Assembly (NCBI GenBank): GCA_044223005.1
Contig: JBGAML010000015.1
Location: 56,385 to 120,384, forward strand
Reading direction: 5' to 3'
Source of the DNA: Candidatus Eiseniibacteriota bacterium
Lineage (GTDB): Bacteria > Eisenbacteria > RBG-16-71-46
Length of the DNA stretch: 64,000 nt
A model generated the notes under the pieces. It was not told the origin of the DNA. It searched no databases and saw only the letters and a program-made list of their open reading frames with translations. This document shows, one piece after another, positions 1-10,600 of the stretch; the first letter of the stretch is position 1; each line of letters opens with the position of its first letter. The position numbers were made by a program, and so were the translations under genes.

Positions 1-1259
1 ATCGACTGCGGCGACCACATCGCGAGCGGCGCATGCGGCGGAAGGTGCGCGTCGCGCACGTCGGCAATCGCGGCCTCGGCGATGCGCGCGCGGTCCACGA
101 CGCCGTCGGCGCGAAGCTCGGGCAGCAGGAACGGCATCGACGCGATCTTGTCCACGACCGCGACACCGTTGGCGGCGAAGAGCGCCGCGAGCACCAGCGC
201 GACCGGCCACGCCACCTTCGCCGGCCGGCGCTCGAGCAGCGCGTCCGCGAACAGCGCGACGAGCGCGGCCACGCCCGCCAACGCGCCGTAGAGGTAGTAG
301 TGGTACGTGTGGCGCGTGAGCGGCAGCACCGGCGCGAGCAGCGCGAACACGACGATCGCGATCGCGGCCCCGCCGCGAGCGCGCAGCGCGGGCACGAATG
401 CCGCGGCGGCCAGCAGCACGAGCATCGCACCGCCCCAGGCGAACGCGCCCGGATCGATCGCATCCGTGAAGGCGTGCATCGTGGGCAACCACGCGTTCGC
501 GGCCCAACTCATGTAGGTGAGCAGCGTGGGCAGGAGTTGCGCCGGGTCGGTCGCGTACGCCTCGCGCGCGGGCATCGCGTGCGCCGCGGCGGCGGTCTCG
601 ACGAAGCGCGCCGGAATCACCACGAGCGCGAAGTAGGCGATCTCCGCCACCGCGAGTCCCGCGAGCGCGAGCCACGCCGGATCGCGCGGGCCGACGTCGC
701 GGTGGTCCTGCGCACGCGCCACGGCCCACACCACGATCGGCAGCAGCACCACGGACTCCTTCTCGAGCAGCGCGAGCGCGAAGAGCGGCAGCGCGCCCCA
801 GCGCGCGCGTCCCGGCCGCAGCGCCAGCACCAGTGCCCCGAGCGAGAAGAACGTCGCCATCACGTCGCTGTGCGCCGAGAACCACCAGAGCGCATGGAAC
901 GACGCGGGATGCGCGGCGAAGAACGCCGCGCCCACGAGCGCCGCGGGCGCGCCCCAGCGGCGCGCGAACAGCAACGCGAGGCCCGCCGCCACCAGCGCGT
1001 GCGCGGCGAGCGGCAGCAGGTGCCACGGGCCGCCGCGCATGCCGAAGAGCGGGAGCAGCGCGTCGTACGTGCCCTGCGCGGCCAGCCAGCGCCACGGCTG
1101 CACGAGCCGCGGCAGCAGGCCGGACGCGCGCGCGACGCCGAACCAGTCGTCCTGAGAGAAGCCGATGCCGAGCGCGCCGCGGAAGACGGCGACGCCGATC
1201 GCGGCCGCGAGCAGCGCCGCCACGGCGAGGCCCGCGGCCGCGGGGCCCGCCGGCGCCAC
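1..1259 (-). CDS. Polytopic membrane protein, GT-C-fold glycosyltransferase-like (PMT/TMTC type); runs off the window edge
   Basis: Not in the ORF track because there is no stop in the window. Manual translation gives many TM helices, with FSQDDW after TM1, AAHP and LLEKES motifs typical of GT-C proteins. GTG start at 1259 is approximate; directly downstream of tkt. Confidence 0.6.
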   Translation of the reverse strand, partial: MAPAGPAAAGLAVAALLAAAIGVAVFRGALGIGFSQDDWFGVARASGLLPRLVQPWRWLAAQGTYDALLPLFGMRGGPWHLLPLAAHALVAAGLALLFARRWGAPAALVGAAFFAAHPASFHALWWFSAHSDVMATFFSLGALVLALRPGRARWGALPLFALALLEKESVVLLPIVVWAVARAQDHRDVGPRDPAWLALAGLAVAEIAYFALVVIPARFVETAAAAHAMPAREAYATDPAQLLPTLLTYMSWAANAWLPTMHAFTDAIDPGAFAWGGAMLVLLAAAAFVPALRARGGAAIAIVVFALLAPVLPLTRHTYHYYLYGALAGVAALVALFADALLERRPAKVAWPVALVLAALFAANGVAVVDKIASMPFLLPELRADGVVDRARIAEAAIADVRDAHLPPHAPLAMWSPQS

Positions 1260-1291
1260 CGATGGCGCGGCCCCGCGCGAGGCGCGGGACT

Positions 1292-3301
1292 TCAGCGCGC
1301 GAGCCACTCCCGGACCCGGTTCGCCACCGCTTCGCCGGTGAAGCCGAAGTGCTTCGCGAGCTCGCCCGCCGGCGCGGATTCGCCGTAACGGTCGAGCCCG
1401 ATCGCCAGGCCGTTCTCGCCGACGATCCGGTACCAGTCGTCCGTGATGGATGCCTCGACCGAGACGCGGGCGCCGCGCGGCGGCAGCACGAGCTCGCGCC
1501 ACGCGGGCTCCTGCTTCAGGAAGAGCTTCGGCGCCGGCATGCTCACGACGCGCGTCGCGACGCCCTCGGCGGCGAGCCGCTTCGCGGCGTCGATCGCGGC
1601 GCCGAGCTCCGAGCCCGAGCCGATGAACGTGACCGCGTCCGGTGCGTCGTTCTCGCGCACCACGTAGCCACCGCGGCGGAAGCCCGCGGGCGCGAAGTTC
1701 GCCGGGCGTTCCACGAGGTCGGTGGCCTGCCGGCTCAGCGCGATCAGCGTCGGGCCGTCGCGGCGTTCGAGCGCGAGACCCCACGCGGCGGCCGTCTCGA
1801 GGCCGTCGGCGGGGCGCACGACGAGCAGGTTCGGGATCGCGCGCAGCGCAGCGAGGTGCTCGACCGGCTGGTGCGTGGGCCCGTCCTCGCCGACGAAGAT
1901 CGAGTCGTGCGTGAACACCCAGATCACCGGCAGGCCCATGATCGCCGACAGCCGGATCGCAGGCCGCGCGTAGTCGGTGAAGACGAGGAACGACGAACCG
2001 TACGGCACGAAGCCCGTCGCGAGCGCCATGCCGTTCATCACCGCGCCCATGCCGAGTTCGCGGATCCCGAAGTGCAGGTTGCGGCCCGAGAAGTCGCCGC
2101 GCTGCACCGACGGCGAGTCCTTGATGCGTGTCTTGGTGCTCGGCTCGAGATCGGCGCTGCCACCGACCAGTGCCGGCACGAGCGCCGCCGCCTTCTGCAG
2201 GACGGCGTTGCCGTGCGCGCGCGTCGCGGCCGACGCCGTGGGCGCGGCCGCGCACAGCTGCTCGAGGATGTCCTCGGGCACCCGGCGCTCCATGATCGCG
2301 TCCCACTGCGCCGCGCGCGCAGGTTCGGCCGCACGCCATGCCTTCATGCCCGCGTGCCAGGCGTCGTAGCCGGGCTTCAGCTCCGCGGCGCGCGCGGCGA
2401 AGCGGGCGCGCACTTCGTCGGGCACGAGGAACGCCGGCGACTCGGGCCAGCCGAGCGCACGCTTGGCGGCCGCCATCTCCTCGGCGCCGAGCGGCTCGCC
2501 GTGCACGTGCGACGTGTCCTGCTTGTGCGGCGCGCCGTAGCCGATGTGGCTGCGGCAGATCACGAGGCTCGGGCGCTCGGTCTCGGCGACCGCGAGCGTG
2601 AGCGCGCGCTCGAGTTCCGCGTGGTCGTAGGGGTTCGCGCGCAGCACGTGCCAGCCGTACGCCTCGAAGCGCTTGGCCACGTCCTCGCTGAACGCGAGCG
2701 AGGTGTCGCCCTCGATCGTGATGTGGTTGTCGTCGTAGACGAACACGAGATTGCCGAGCCCGAGGTGCCCCGCGAGCGAGGCGGATTCGTGCGAGATGCC
2801 TTCCATGAGGTCGCCGTCGCCGCAGATGCCGAACACGCGCCAGTCGACCGGCGCGAAGCCCGGCGTGTTGAAGCGCGCCGCCGCCATGCGGCCCGCGAGC
2901 GCCATGCCGACCGCGTTGCCGATGCCCTGGCCGAGCGGACCGGTCGTGGTCTCGACGCCCGGCGTCATGCCGTACTCCGGGTGACCGGGCGTGATGCTGC
3001 CGAGCTGGCGGAACGACTGCAGGTCCTGCATCGACACCTTGCCGCCCGAGAGGTGCAGCATCGAATAGAGCAGCGCCGAGCCGTGTCCCGCGCTCAGCAC
3101 GAAGCGGTCGCGGCCGGCCCACGTGGGATCGGCCGGCTGCCAGCGCATGAACTTCGTCCACAGCACGTACGCCACGTCCGCCATGCCCATCGGCATGCCG
3201 GGGTGCCCGGACTTCGCCTTCTCGACCGTGTCGGCGGCGAGGAAACGAATGCAGTGGATCGCGAGCTGGTCGAGCGCTTCGGGCGTGGGTGCGGCGTTCA
3301 C
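1292..3301 (-). CDS. tkt: Transketolase
   Basis: [29 protein letters not shown] (TPP), GEDGPTHQP motifs. GTG start overlaps the glk stop (GTGA) with GGAGG RBS. Confidence 0.97.
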   Translation of the reverse strand: MNAAPTPEALDQLAIHCIRFLAADTVEKAKSGHPGMPMGMADVAYVLWTKFMRWQPADPTWAGRDRFVLSAGHGSALLYSMLHLSGGKVSMQDLQSFRQLGSITPGHPEYGMTPGVETTTGPLGQGIGNAVGMALAGRMAAARFNTPGFAPVDWRVFGICGDGDLMEGISHESASLAGHLGLGNLVFVYDDNHITIEGDTSLAFSEDVAKRFEAYGWHVLRANPYDHAELERALTLAVAETERPSLVICRSHIGYGAPHKQDTSHVHGEPLGAEEMAAAKRALGWPESPAFLVPDEVRARFAARAAELKPGYDAWHAGMKAWRAAEPARAAQWDAIMERRVPEDILEQLCAAAPTASAATRAHGNAVLQKAAALVPALVGGSADLEPSTKTRIKDSPSVQRGDFSGRNLHFGIRELGMGAVMNGMALATGFVPYGSSFLVFTDYARPAIRLSAIMGLPVIWVFTHDSIFVGEDGPTHQPVEHLAALRAIPNLLVVRPADGLETAAAWGLALERRDGPTLIALSRQATDLVERPANFAPAGFRRGGYVVRENDAPDAVTFIGSGSELGAAIDAAKRLAAEGVATRVVSMPAPKLFLKQEPAWRELVLPPRGARVSVEASITDDWYRIVGENGLAIGLDRYGESAPAGELAKHFGFTGEAVANRVREWLAR

Positions 3302-4320
3302 GAAGACCTCCGGGTGCCGGTGGACGAGGGGGCGCCCTCGCCGCCCGCGAGCGCGCGTGCGGCGGCGCCCCAGACGGCGGTGCGCGCATCGAGCACGACC
3401 GAGACGGGAATGCGGGTGAGGACCGGGCTCAGCCGGCCCTTCTCGAAAAACGCGTGCGCGAAGCCGCCGCGCGTGAGGGCGGGGAGCATCTTGGGCGCGA
3501 TGCCGCCGCCGACGAACACGCCGCCGAGCGCGAGCGCCTTGAGCGCGAGGTTGCCCGCCTCGGCGCCATAGATGGACACGAAGCGGTCGAGCACGAGCCG
3601 TGCGCGTTCGCACGAGCCGTCGAGCGCGGTCTCGGTGACGATCGCCGCGGGTTGATCGGCGCGGTCGAAGCGCGCGGCGATCTCGGCCGGCTCCTCGCCG
3701 CGGCGTGTCTCGCGGAAGAAGCGGTAGAGATCCGCGAGCCCGGGGCCCGAGAGGATCCGCTCGTAGCTCACGCGGCCGTAGCGGCCACGCAGCCAGTGGA
3801 GGAGTTCGTCCTCGAGCGCGTCGCGCGGGCCGAAGTCGGTGTGGCCGCCCTCGGAGGGCATGGGATGCCAGCCCTCGCCGTCCCACATGAGGATCGATTC
3901 GCCGAGCCCGGTGCCCGCGGCGATCAGCGCACGGTTGCCCGGCGCCGCTTCGCCCGCCTGCAGGGTGACGAGGTCGGAGGAACCGAGGACCGAGAGTCCC
4001 CACGCCGTCGCCTCGAGGTCGTTGAGCAGCGTGACCGGCGCGCCGAGCGATTCCGTCATCGCATTCCCGTCGACGTGCCACGGCAGGTTCGTCGTGATGC
4101 AGGCGTTGTCGTGGACGGGGCCGGCGATGCCGAGGACGATCCGCTCGGGGCGCGCGCCGGTCTCGGCGAGGAACTGGCGCAGGATCGCGTCCAGCGAGGG
4201 CGATCCGGCCGTCGGCAGGCGGCCTTCGCGCGCGGGCGAGCGGGGTGGGGCGCCGCGTTCGAAGAGGGCCAGCTGGGCCTTGGTGCCGCCGATGTCACCC
4301 GCGAGGATCATTCGCGGCAT
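3298..4320 (-). CDS. glk: Glucokinase (E. coli Glk type)
   Basis: ILAGDIGGT, LLNDLEA, GTGLG, SEGGH, VSYERILSGPGL motifs. Start may be at 4311. Confidence 0.95.
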   Translation of the reverse strand: MPRMILAGDIGGTKAQLALFERGAPPRSPAREGRLPTAGSPSLDAILRQFLAETGARPERIVLGIAGPVHDNACITTNLPWHVDGNAMTESLGAPVTLLNDLEATAWGLSVLGSSDLVTLQAGEAAPGNRALIAAGTGLGESILMWDGEGWHPMPSEGGHTDFGPRDALEDELLHWLRGRYGRVSYERILSGPGLADLYRFFRETRRGEEPAEIAARFDRADQPAAIVTETALDGSCERARLVLDRFVSIYGAEAGNLALKALALGGVFVGGGIAPKMLPALTRGGFAHAFFEKGRLSPVLTRIPVSVVLDARTAVWGAAARALAGGEGAPSSTGTRRSS

Positions 4321-4357
4321 CCTAATGAAGCGCTCCCCGGGGCGCCAGCGCGCGGCC

Positions 4358-4386
4358 TTGCCCGCGGCGGCGCACGCCCCTAACGT
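4358..4386 (+). promoter_or_regulatory. Putative sigma70-type promoter for moeB
   Basis: TTGCCC-17 nt-TAACGT upstream of 4422. Confidence 0.4.
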
Positions 4387-4421
4387 GCGGACGTGCCGGC
4401 CGCGACTGCGAGGACCCGACC

Positions 4422-5576
4422 ATGACGACGCCGCGCGATCCCGAACTCACCCGCGACGAAATGCGCCGGTACGGCCGCCACGTGATCGTGCCCGAGGTGG
4501 GGCTCGACGGGCAGCGACGGCTCAAGGGTTCGCGCGTGATGATCGTGGGCGCGGGCGGGCTCGGCTCGCCGGCGGCGCTCTATCTCGCGGCCGCGGGCGT
4601 CGGCACGCTCGGCCTCGTCGACTTCGACGTGGTCGAGGAGAGCAACCTGCAGCGCCAGATCGCGCACGGCACGGCGGCGCTCGGCAGGCCGAAGCTCGAC
4701 TCGATGCGCGAGCGGCTCGCGGACCTGAATCCGCACGTGCGGCTCGAGACGTTCGCGACGCGGCTGCACCGCGGCAACGCGCTCGAGATCCTGCGCGGCT
4801 GGGACGTGGTGCTGGACGGCACGGACAACTTCGCGACGCGCTACCTCGTGAACGACGCGTGCGTGCTGCTCGGGATTCCCAACGCGTACGGCAGCATCCT
4901 GCGCTTCGAAGGTCAGGCGAGCGTGTTCGACGCGGCGCGCGGCCCCTGCTACCGCTGCGTGTTCCCGCAGCCGCCGCCGCCGGGGGAGGTGCCGTCGTGC
5001 GCCGAGGCCGGCGTGCTGGGGGTCCTGCCCGGCGTGATCGGGACGATCCAGGCCACCGAGGCGATCAAGCTGTTGCTCGGCGCCCCGGAGACGCTGATCG
5101 GCCGCCTGCTCCTCTACGACGCCTGGACGCTGCGCTTTCGCGAGCTGCGGCTGCGCAAGGACCCGGACTGCCCGCTCTGCGGTACGCACCCGACGATCCG
5201 CGAGCTCGTCGACTACGACGCGTTCTGCGGTGTCGCGCCGGAGGCGCCCGCCGCGACCGCGGGCGAGCTCGGGCCCGCGGAGCTGCGCGCCATGCGCGAG
5301 CGCGGCGAGCGCTTCGTGCTGCTCGACGTGCGCGAAGCGGCCGAGCTCGCGCTGGCGCGGCTCGAGGGCGCGGTGCACATTCCGCTCGCACTGCTGCCGC
5401 TGCGAGCCGGGGAGCTCGACCCGGCGGCGCCCACGGTCGTGATGTGCCACCACGGCGCGCGCAGCGCGATGGCGGTGCGCTGGCTCCACGAGCACGGATT
5501 CCGTACCCTGCACAACCTCGCGGGCGGCATCGACGCCTACGCCCGCCTCGTCGACCCGGAAGTGCCGCGCTACTGA
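4422..5576 (+). CDS. moeB: Molybdopterin-synthase adenylyltransferase MoeB/MoeZ with C-terminal rhodanese domain
   Basis: RYGRH, GAGGLG, SNLQRQ, DGTDNF, CYRC...SCAEAGVLG, CPLCG, and rhodanese CHHGARS. Confidence 0.93.
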   Translation: MTTPRDPELTRDEMRRYGRHVIVPEVGLDGQRRLKGSRVMIVGAGGLGSPAALYLAAAGVGTLGLVDFDVVEESNLQRQIAHGTAALGRPKLDSMRERLADLNPHVRLETFATRLHRGNALEILRGWDVVLDGTDNFATRYLVNDACVLLGIPNAYGSILRFEGQASVFDAARGPCYRCVFPQPPPPGEVPSCAEAGVLGVLPGVIGTIQATEAIKLLLGAPETLIGRLLLYDAWTLRFRELRLRKDPDCPLCGTHPTIRELVDYDAFCGVAPEAPAATAGELGPAELRAMRERGERFVLLDVREAAELALARLEGAVHIPLALLPLRAGELDPAAPTVVMCHHGARSAMAVRWLHEHGFRTLHNLAGGIDAYARLVDPEVPRY

Positions 5577-5601
5577 CACTCGCGCGGCCGGAGGAGCCCC
5601 G

Positions 5602-7080
5602 ATGATCCACGTTGCCGCCGCCCGCCGCTCCCTCGTCGCCCTGGCCGCCGCCGCGCTGCTGGCCGTTTTCGCCATCGGGTGCGCCGTCAATCCCGCGACG
5701 GGCAAGCGCGAGTTCACGCTCGTCAGCGCCGACCAGGAACTCGCGATCGGCCGCGAGGGCTTCGCCGCCACGATCGACCAGTACGGGCAGTACGACGACG
5801 CGAAGCTCGCCGCCTATGTCGACAGCGTCGGCAAGAAGGTCGCGCACGTGAGCGAGCTGCCGAATCTCGACTGGCACTTCACCGTGCTCGACGACCCGAT
5901 GGTCAACGCGTTCGCGATGCCGGGCGGCTACATCTACATCACGCGCGGCATCCTCGCGCACCTGAACTCCGAGGCGCAGCTCGCGGGCGTGCTCGGCCAC
6001 GAGATCGGGCACGTCACCGCGCGGCACTCGGCCAAGCAGATCACGCAGCAGCAGATCGCGGGTCTGGGTCTCGCGGTGGCCGGCGCCTTCTCGACCACGT
6101 TCCAGCAGTACAGCGGCGCGGCGCAGCAGGCGCTCGGGCTGCTGATGCTCAAGTACAGCCGCGACGACGAGTCGCAGGCCGACCTGCTCGGGATCCGCTA
6201 CGCGACCGCGGCCGGCTACGACCCGCGCGAGATCCCATCGACGTACGCGATGCTCAAGCGCATCAGCCAGAAGTCGGGCAGCTCGCTGCCGTTCTACCTT
6301 TCGACGCACCCGGATCCGGGCGACCGCGAGCAGCGCACGACGGCGCTGGCCGCGCAGGCGGTGACGGGGAAGACCAACCTCGCCGTGCGCGCGCACGCGC
6401 TGCTCGACCGTGTGCGCGGCGTCGTCTACGGCACCGATCCGCGCCAGGGCTGGTTCGACGGCGTACGCTTCGTGCAACCGCAGATGGGCCTGCAGATGGA
6501 CTTTCCCGGCGGCTGGCAGACGCAGAACAGCCATTCCGCCGTGCTGGCGGCCGAGCCCCAGAAGCAGGGCGCGATGCAGGTGACGCTCGCAGCCAACGCC
6601 GGCACGCTCTCGCCCGCCGACTACGTCGCGGCGCTGCGCCGCGACGGCAAGCTCGCGGCGGCCGAGGGCGCGCCGGAGACCATCGGCGGCTGGCCGGCGT
6701 GGGTCGGCCGCATCACCACGGCGCCCGACGCGCAGGGGGCGAGCACGGTGCTCGTCGCGGCGTGGGTACGAACCGGTACCGATCGCCTGCTGCAAGTGGT
6801 CGGGCAGACCGCGGCCGCCGGCGATGCGAACGAGCGCGCGATCGTCGCGGCGGTGCGCTCGCTGCGGCCGCTCGCCGACACGCGGCTCGCGAATCCGGAA
6901 CCGGATCGCGTGCGCGTGAAGCCCGCCGGGGTGGTGGGGACGTTCTCGGCCGTGCTCGCGAAGCTCGGGCCCAACGCGCTCTCGCCGGAGGATGCGGCGA
7001 TCCTGAACGGGGTCGAACTCGACGCCGCGGTCGGGTCGACGCAGTGGATCAAGATCGTGGAGCCGGGGCACCGTCGCTGA
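5602..7080 (+). CDS. M48 family zinc metalloprotease lipoprotein
   Basis: Lipobox FAIGC followed by AVNPATG, NAFAMPGG, HEIGH zinc motif, YSRDDESQAD, LSTHP. Confidence 0.9.
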   Translation: MIHVAAARRSLVALAAAALLAVFAIGCAVNPATGKREFTLVSADQELAIGREGFAATIDQYGQYDDAKLAAYVDSVGKKVAHVSELPNLDWHFTVLDDPMVNAFAMPGGYIYITRGILAHLNSEAQLAGVLGHEIGHVTARHSAKQITQQQIAGLGLAVAGAFSTTFQQYSGAAQQALGLLMLKYSRDDESQADLLGIRYATAAGYDPREIPSTYAMLKRISQKSGSSLPFYLSTHPDPGDREQRTTALAAQAVTGKTNLAVRAHALLDRVRGVVYGTDPRQGWFDGVRFVQPQMGLQMDFPGGWQTQNSHSAVLAAEPQKQGAMQVTLAANAGTLSPADYVAALRRDGKLAAAEGAPETIGGWPAWVGRITTAPDAQGASTVLVAAWVRTGTDRLLQVVGQTAAAGDANERAIVAAVRSLRPLADTRLANPEPDRVRVKPAGVVGTFSAVLAKLGPNALSPEDAAILNGVELDAAVGSTQWIKIVEPGHRR

Positions 7081-7111
7081 GGCGATGGTGATCCCGATGT
7101 GGAGTCTCCGG

Positions 7112-7141
7112 TTGACACGTCGAGAACGTACCCATTAGGGT
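7112..7141 (+). promoter_or_regulatory. Putative promoter of the act operon
   Basis: TTGACA-18 nt-TAGGGT, ending 11 nt before ATG 7153. Confidence 0.55.
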
Positions 7142-7152
7142 GCCGCACGGCC

Positions 7153-7683
7153 ATGAAACGACTCGTCGCCGCAGTACTCGTCTTCTCGACGCTCGCACTC
7201 GCGAGCGTCGCGCTTTCGCAGTCGTTCAGCGTTCAACTCGGTGCCAACAAGGGCCCGGTTCAGCCCATCCCGTTCAGCCACAAGATCCACGCGGGCAAGC
7301 TGAACATGGCGTGCCGCTACTGCCACTACGGCGCGTGGAAATCGCCCTGGGCGAACATCCCGGCGATGAGCACGTGCATGGGCTGCCACAAGATCGCGGT
7401 CGCCGATCGCCCGAACATCCAGAAGCTCACGGGCTACTGGGACCGCGGCGAACGCATTCCGTGGGTCAAGGTGCACTACCTGCCCGACCACGTGAAGTTC
7501 AACCACAAGCGTCACGTGCTGGCCGGATTCCCGTGCCAGAAGTGCCACGGCCCCGTGCAGGCGATGGACGTGGTCTACCAGTACAGCTCGCTGAAGATGG
7601 GCTGGTGCGTGTCGTGTCATCGCCAGTACCTGAACGACAAGTCCCATCCCGCGACGATGGACTGTCTGGCCTGTCACCACTAG
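7153..7683 (+). CDS. actA: Alternative complex III pentaheme cytochrome c subunit ActA
   Basis: QPIPFSHKIHAG and five CxxCH motifs (CRYCH, CMGCH, CQKCH, CVSCH, CLACH). First gene of the act cluster. Confidence 0.9.
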   Translation: MKRLVAAVLVFSTLALASVALSQSFSVQLGANKGPVQPIPFSHKIHAGKLNMACRYCHYGAWKSPWANIPAMSTCMGCHKIAVADRPNIQKLTGYWDRGERIPWVKVHYLPDHVKFNHKRHVLAGFPCQKCHGPVQAMDVVYQYSSLKMGWCVSCHRQYLNDKSHPATMDCLACHH

Positions 7684-7690
7684 GGGCGCC

Positions 7691-10600
7691 ATGTCGGACT
7701 CGGTGATCTTCTCCCGCCGCGACTTCCTGAAGCTCGTCGGCGTCGGTGTGGCCGGCACGGCCGCGGGCTGCGCCAAGCCGCCGGCCGAGAAGCTCGTGCC
7801 CTACCTGATCGCGCCGGAGGACATCCTCCCCGGCGTGCCGTACTTCTACGCGAGCACCTGCCGCGAGTGCCCGGTCGGCTGCGGCCTGATCGCCCGGTCC
7901 CGCGAGGGGCGCGCGATCAAGCTCGAGGGCAACCCGCAGCACCCGATCGGCGGCGGCGGACTGTGCGCGCGCGGCCATGCGGGCCTGCAGGGCCTCTACG
8001 ATCCGGATCGCCTGCGTGCGCCGCAGGTGAAGACGGGCAGCGCGTTCAAGGACGCGGGCTGGGACGAGACGGTCGCCGCGCTGGGCGCCAAGCTGGCGGC
8101 GGCGAAGGGCAAGGTGCTGCTGCTGACCGGTCACGAGACCGGCGCGCAGCGCGCGCTCTGGACCGAACTCGCGACCGCGCTCGGCGGCCGCCACGTGATG
8201 TGGGAGCCGTTCGCGTACGAGGCCGTGCGCGCGGCCAACCAGAAGACCTTCGGCATCGCCGCGGTGCCGCGCTACGACTTCGCGGCGGCGCGCTGCGTGA
8301 TCACCTTCGGCGCGGACTTCCTCGAGACGTTCGGCTCGCCGGTGGCGCAGGCCAACGGCTTCGCCGCGATGCGTGCGAAGCACGACGACGGCGCCGGGCA
8401 CTTCATCGCGGTCACGCCGCGTCTCGGGCTCACGGCCGCGAACGCGGACGAATGGGTCGCGGTGCCCGCGGGTGGCGAGATGGCCGTGGCGCTCGGGCTC
8501 GCGCACGTGATCCTGGCCGAGAACCTCGGCACGCCCAACGGCGATCGTGGTGCGCTCGCCGCGGCCGTGGCGGCGTGGACGCCCGAAGCGGTGGAGAAGC
8601 AGACCGGTGTCGCGGTGGCGGACCTGCAGCGCGTGGCGCGCCGGTTCGCGAAGAACGCCGCCGGCCTCGCGGTCGCGGGCGGCATCGCGACGCAGGGCAC
8701 GCAGGCGACGGCGCTCGTCGCGGCGGTCAACCTGCTGAACGCGGCGGCCGGCGTGGTCGGCCGCACGGTCGTGTTCGACCGCACCATGGATTTCGAGGGC
8801 GTCGCGTCGTTCGCGGCGATGACGGACCTCGTGAAGGAAATGTCGGCGGGTGCGTTCGACGCGGTGATCGTGCACGGCACGAACCCGGCGTATGCACTGC
8901 CGAAGGCGGTGGGCTTCGCCGACGCGTTCGCGAAGATCGGGACCAAGGTCTCGCTCGCCGGCGCGCTCGACGAGACCGCGGCGCTCTGCGACGCGATCCT
9001 GCCGTCGCAGCACGCGCTCGAGAGCTTCGGCGACTCGCAGCCGGCGCGGGGCGTCTACTCGCTGGTCCAGCCGGCGATGCGCGCGCTGCCGATGTTCGAC
9101 TCGCGCCCGACGGGCGAGGCGCTGCTCGCGCTCGGACGCGCGGCCGGCGCCGGCGCGGCGTGGCCCGCGACGTGGCTCGACTGGCTCAAGCAGTCCTGGA
9201 AGCCGCTGCATGCGCGCTTCGGCCAGGGCCGCGACTTCGACAACTTCTTCACCGACGCGCTCAAGGCCGGTGGCGTGTGGGAGACGGTGGCCGCGACGCC
9301 GGTGCGCTGGCTCGGCGCGCCGGAGTTCGTCGCCGACGCGCGCGCGGGCGACGGCGGCTTCGCGCTGCTGGTCGCGCCCTCGAACAACTTCTACGACGGG
9401 CGCGGCGCCAATCGTCCGTGGCTGCAGGAACTGCCCGACATGACCAGCAAGGCCGTGTGGGGCTCGTGGGCCGAGATCCACCCGGACACCGCGAAGGCGC
9501 TCGGCGTCGCCAACGGCGATGCCGTGAAGATCGAGACGCCCGCCGGCAGCGTCGAAGTGCCCGCCTACGTCTACGCCGGCATCCGCAAGGACGCCGTCGC
9601 GCTGGCGCTGGGGCAGGGGCACACGGCGTACGGCCGCTACGCGACCGATCGTGGCGTGAACGCCGTTGCGCTGGTCCCCGCCGCGACCGACGCGGCTTCC
9701 GGCGCGCTCGCCTACCAGGGCGCCAATGCGAAGCTGTCGCGCGGCTCGAAGGCCGCGGCGCTGTACCTCGAGCAGGGCGAGAAGGACCAGCACGACCGCC
9801 ACATCGCGCAGATCATCCCGATCTCGGCGCTGATGGCCGGCAACGGCGCGGTGCCCGAGGGTGTCGCGCACGGCGACGTGGTCGAACACAAGGCGCACAA
9901 GGAAGACTTCGACGGGCACTATCCGGCGGGCGAGGGGGCGCTCTACCCGACGCCGATGATGACGACGCCGGGCAAGCACACCGAACCGCTCGCGCGCCCG
10001 AAGGACGCGAAGACGCCGTCGCATGCGATCTCGGCGTTCGAGTCCGAGCTCAAGGTGCGCGGCCCCAAGGCGGACCCGGTCGACGTCGGCAGCTATGCGA
10101 ACGCGACGCACCGCTGGGCGATGGCGATCGACCTCAACCGCTGCACCGGCTGCGCCGCGTGCGTGGTGGCGTGCGCCTCGGAGAACAACATCCCCGTCGT
10201 CGGTCCCGAGCTCGTGAACAAGGGCCGCGAGATGACGTGGATCCGCATCGACCGGTTCGAGAACGAACTCAAGCCGGGCCGGAACGACGTGCGGTTCATC
10301 CCCATGATGTGCCAGCACTGCGGCTCGGCGCCGTGCGAGATGGTGTGCCCCGTGTACGCCACCTACCACAACCCCGAGGGCCTGAACGCGCAGGTCTACA
10401 ACCGCTGCGTCGGTACGCGGTACTGCTCCAACAACTGCCCGTACAAGGCGCGCGCGTTCAACTTCTTCGACTACTCGGCGCCCGAGAAGACGACGTTCGC
10501 CTTCCCGGAACCGCTCAACTGGCAGCTGAATCCCGACGTCACCGTGCGCTCCAAGGGCGTGATGGAGAAGTGCACGATGTGCGTCCAGCGCATCCTCGAA

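Noticed and set aside
33..1388. 451-aa plus-strand ORF and many other long Arg/Ala/Gly-rich ORFs (for example 833-3571, 7499-10729, 40982-43846, most of 55483-60474)
   Set aside because: Shadow frames of real genes in very GC-rich DNA; they have no motifs and overlap well-supported CDSs.
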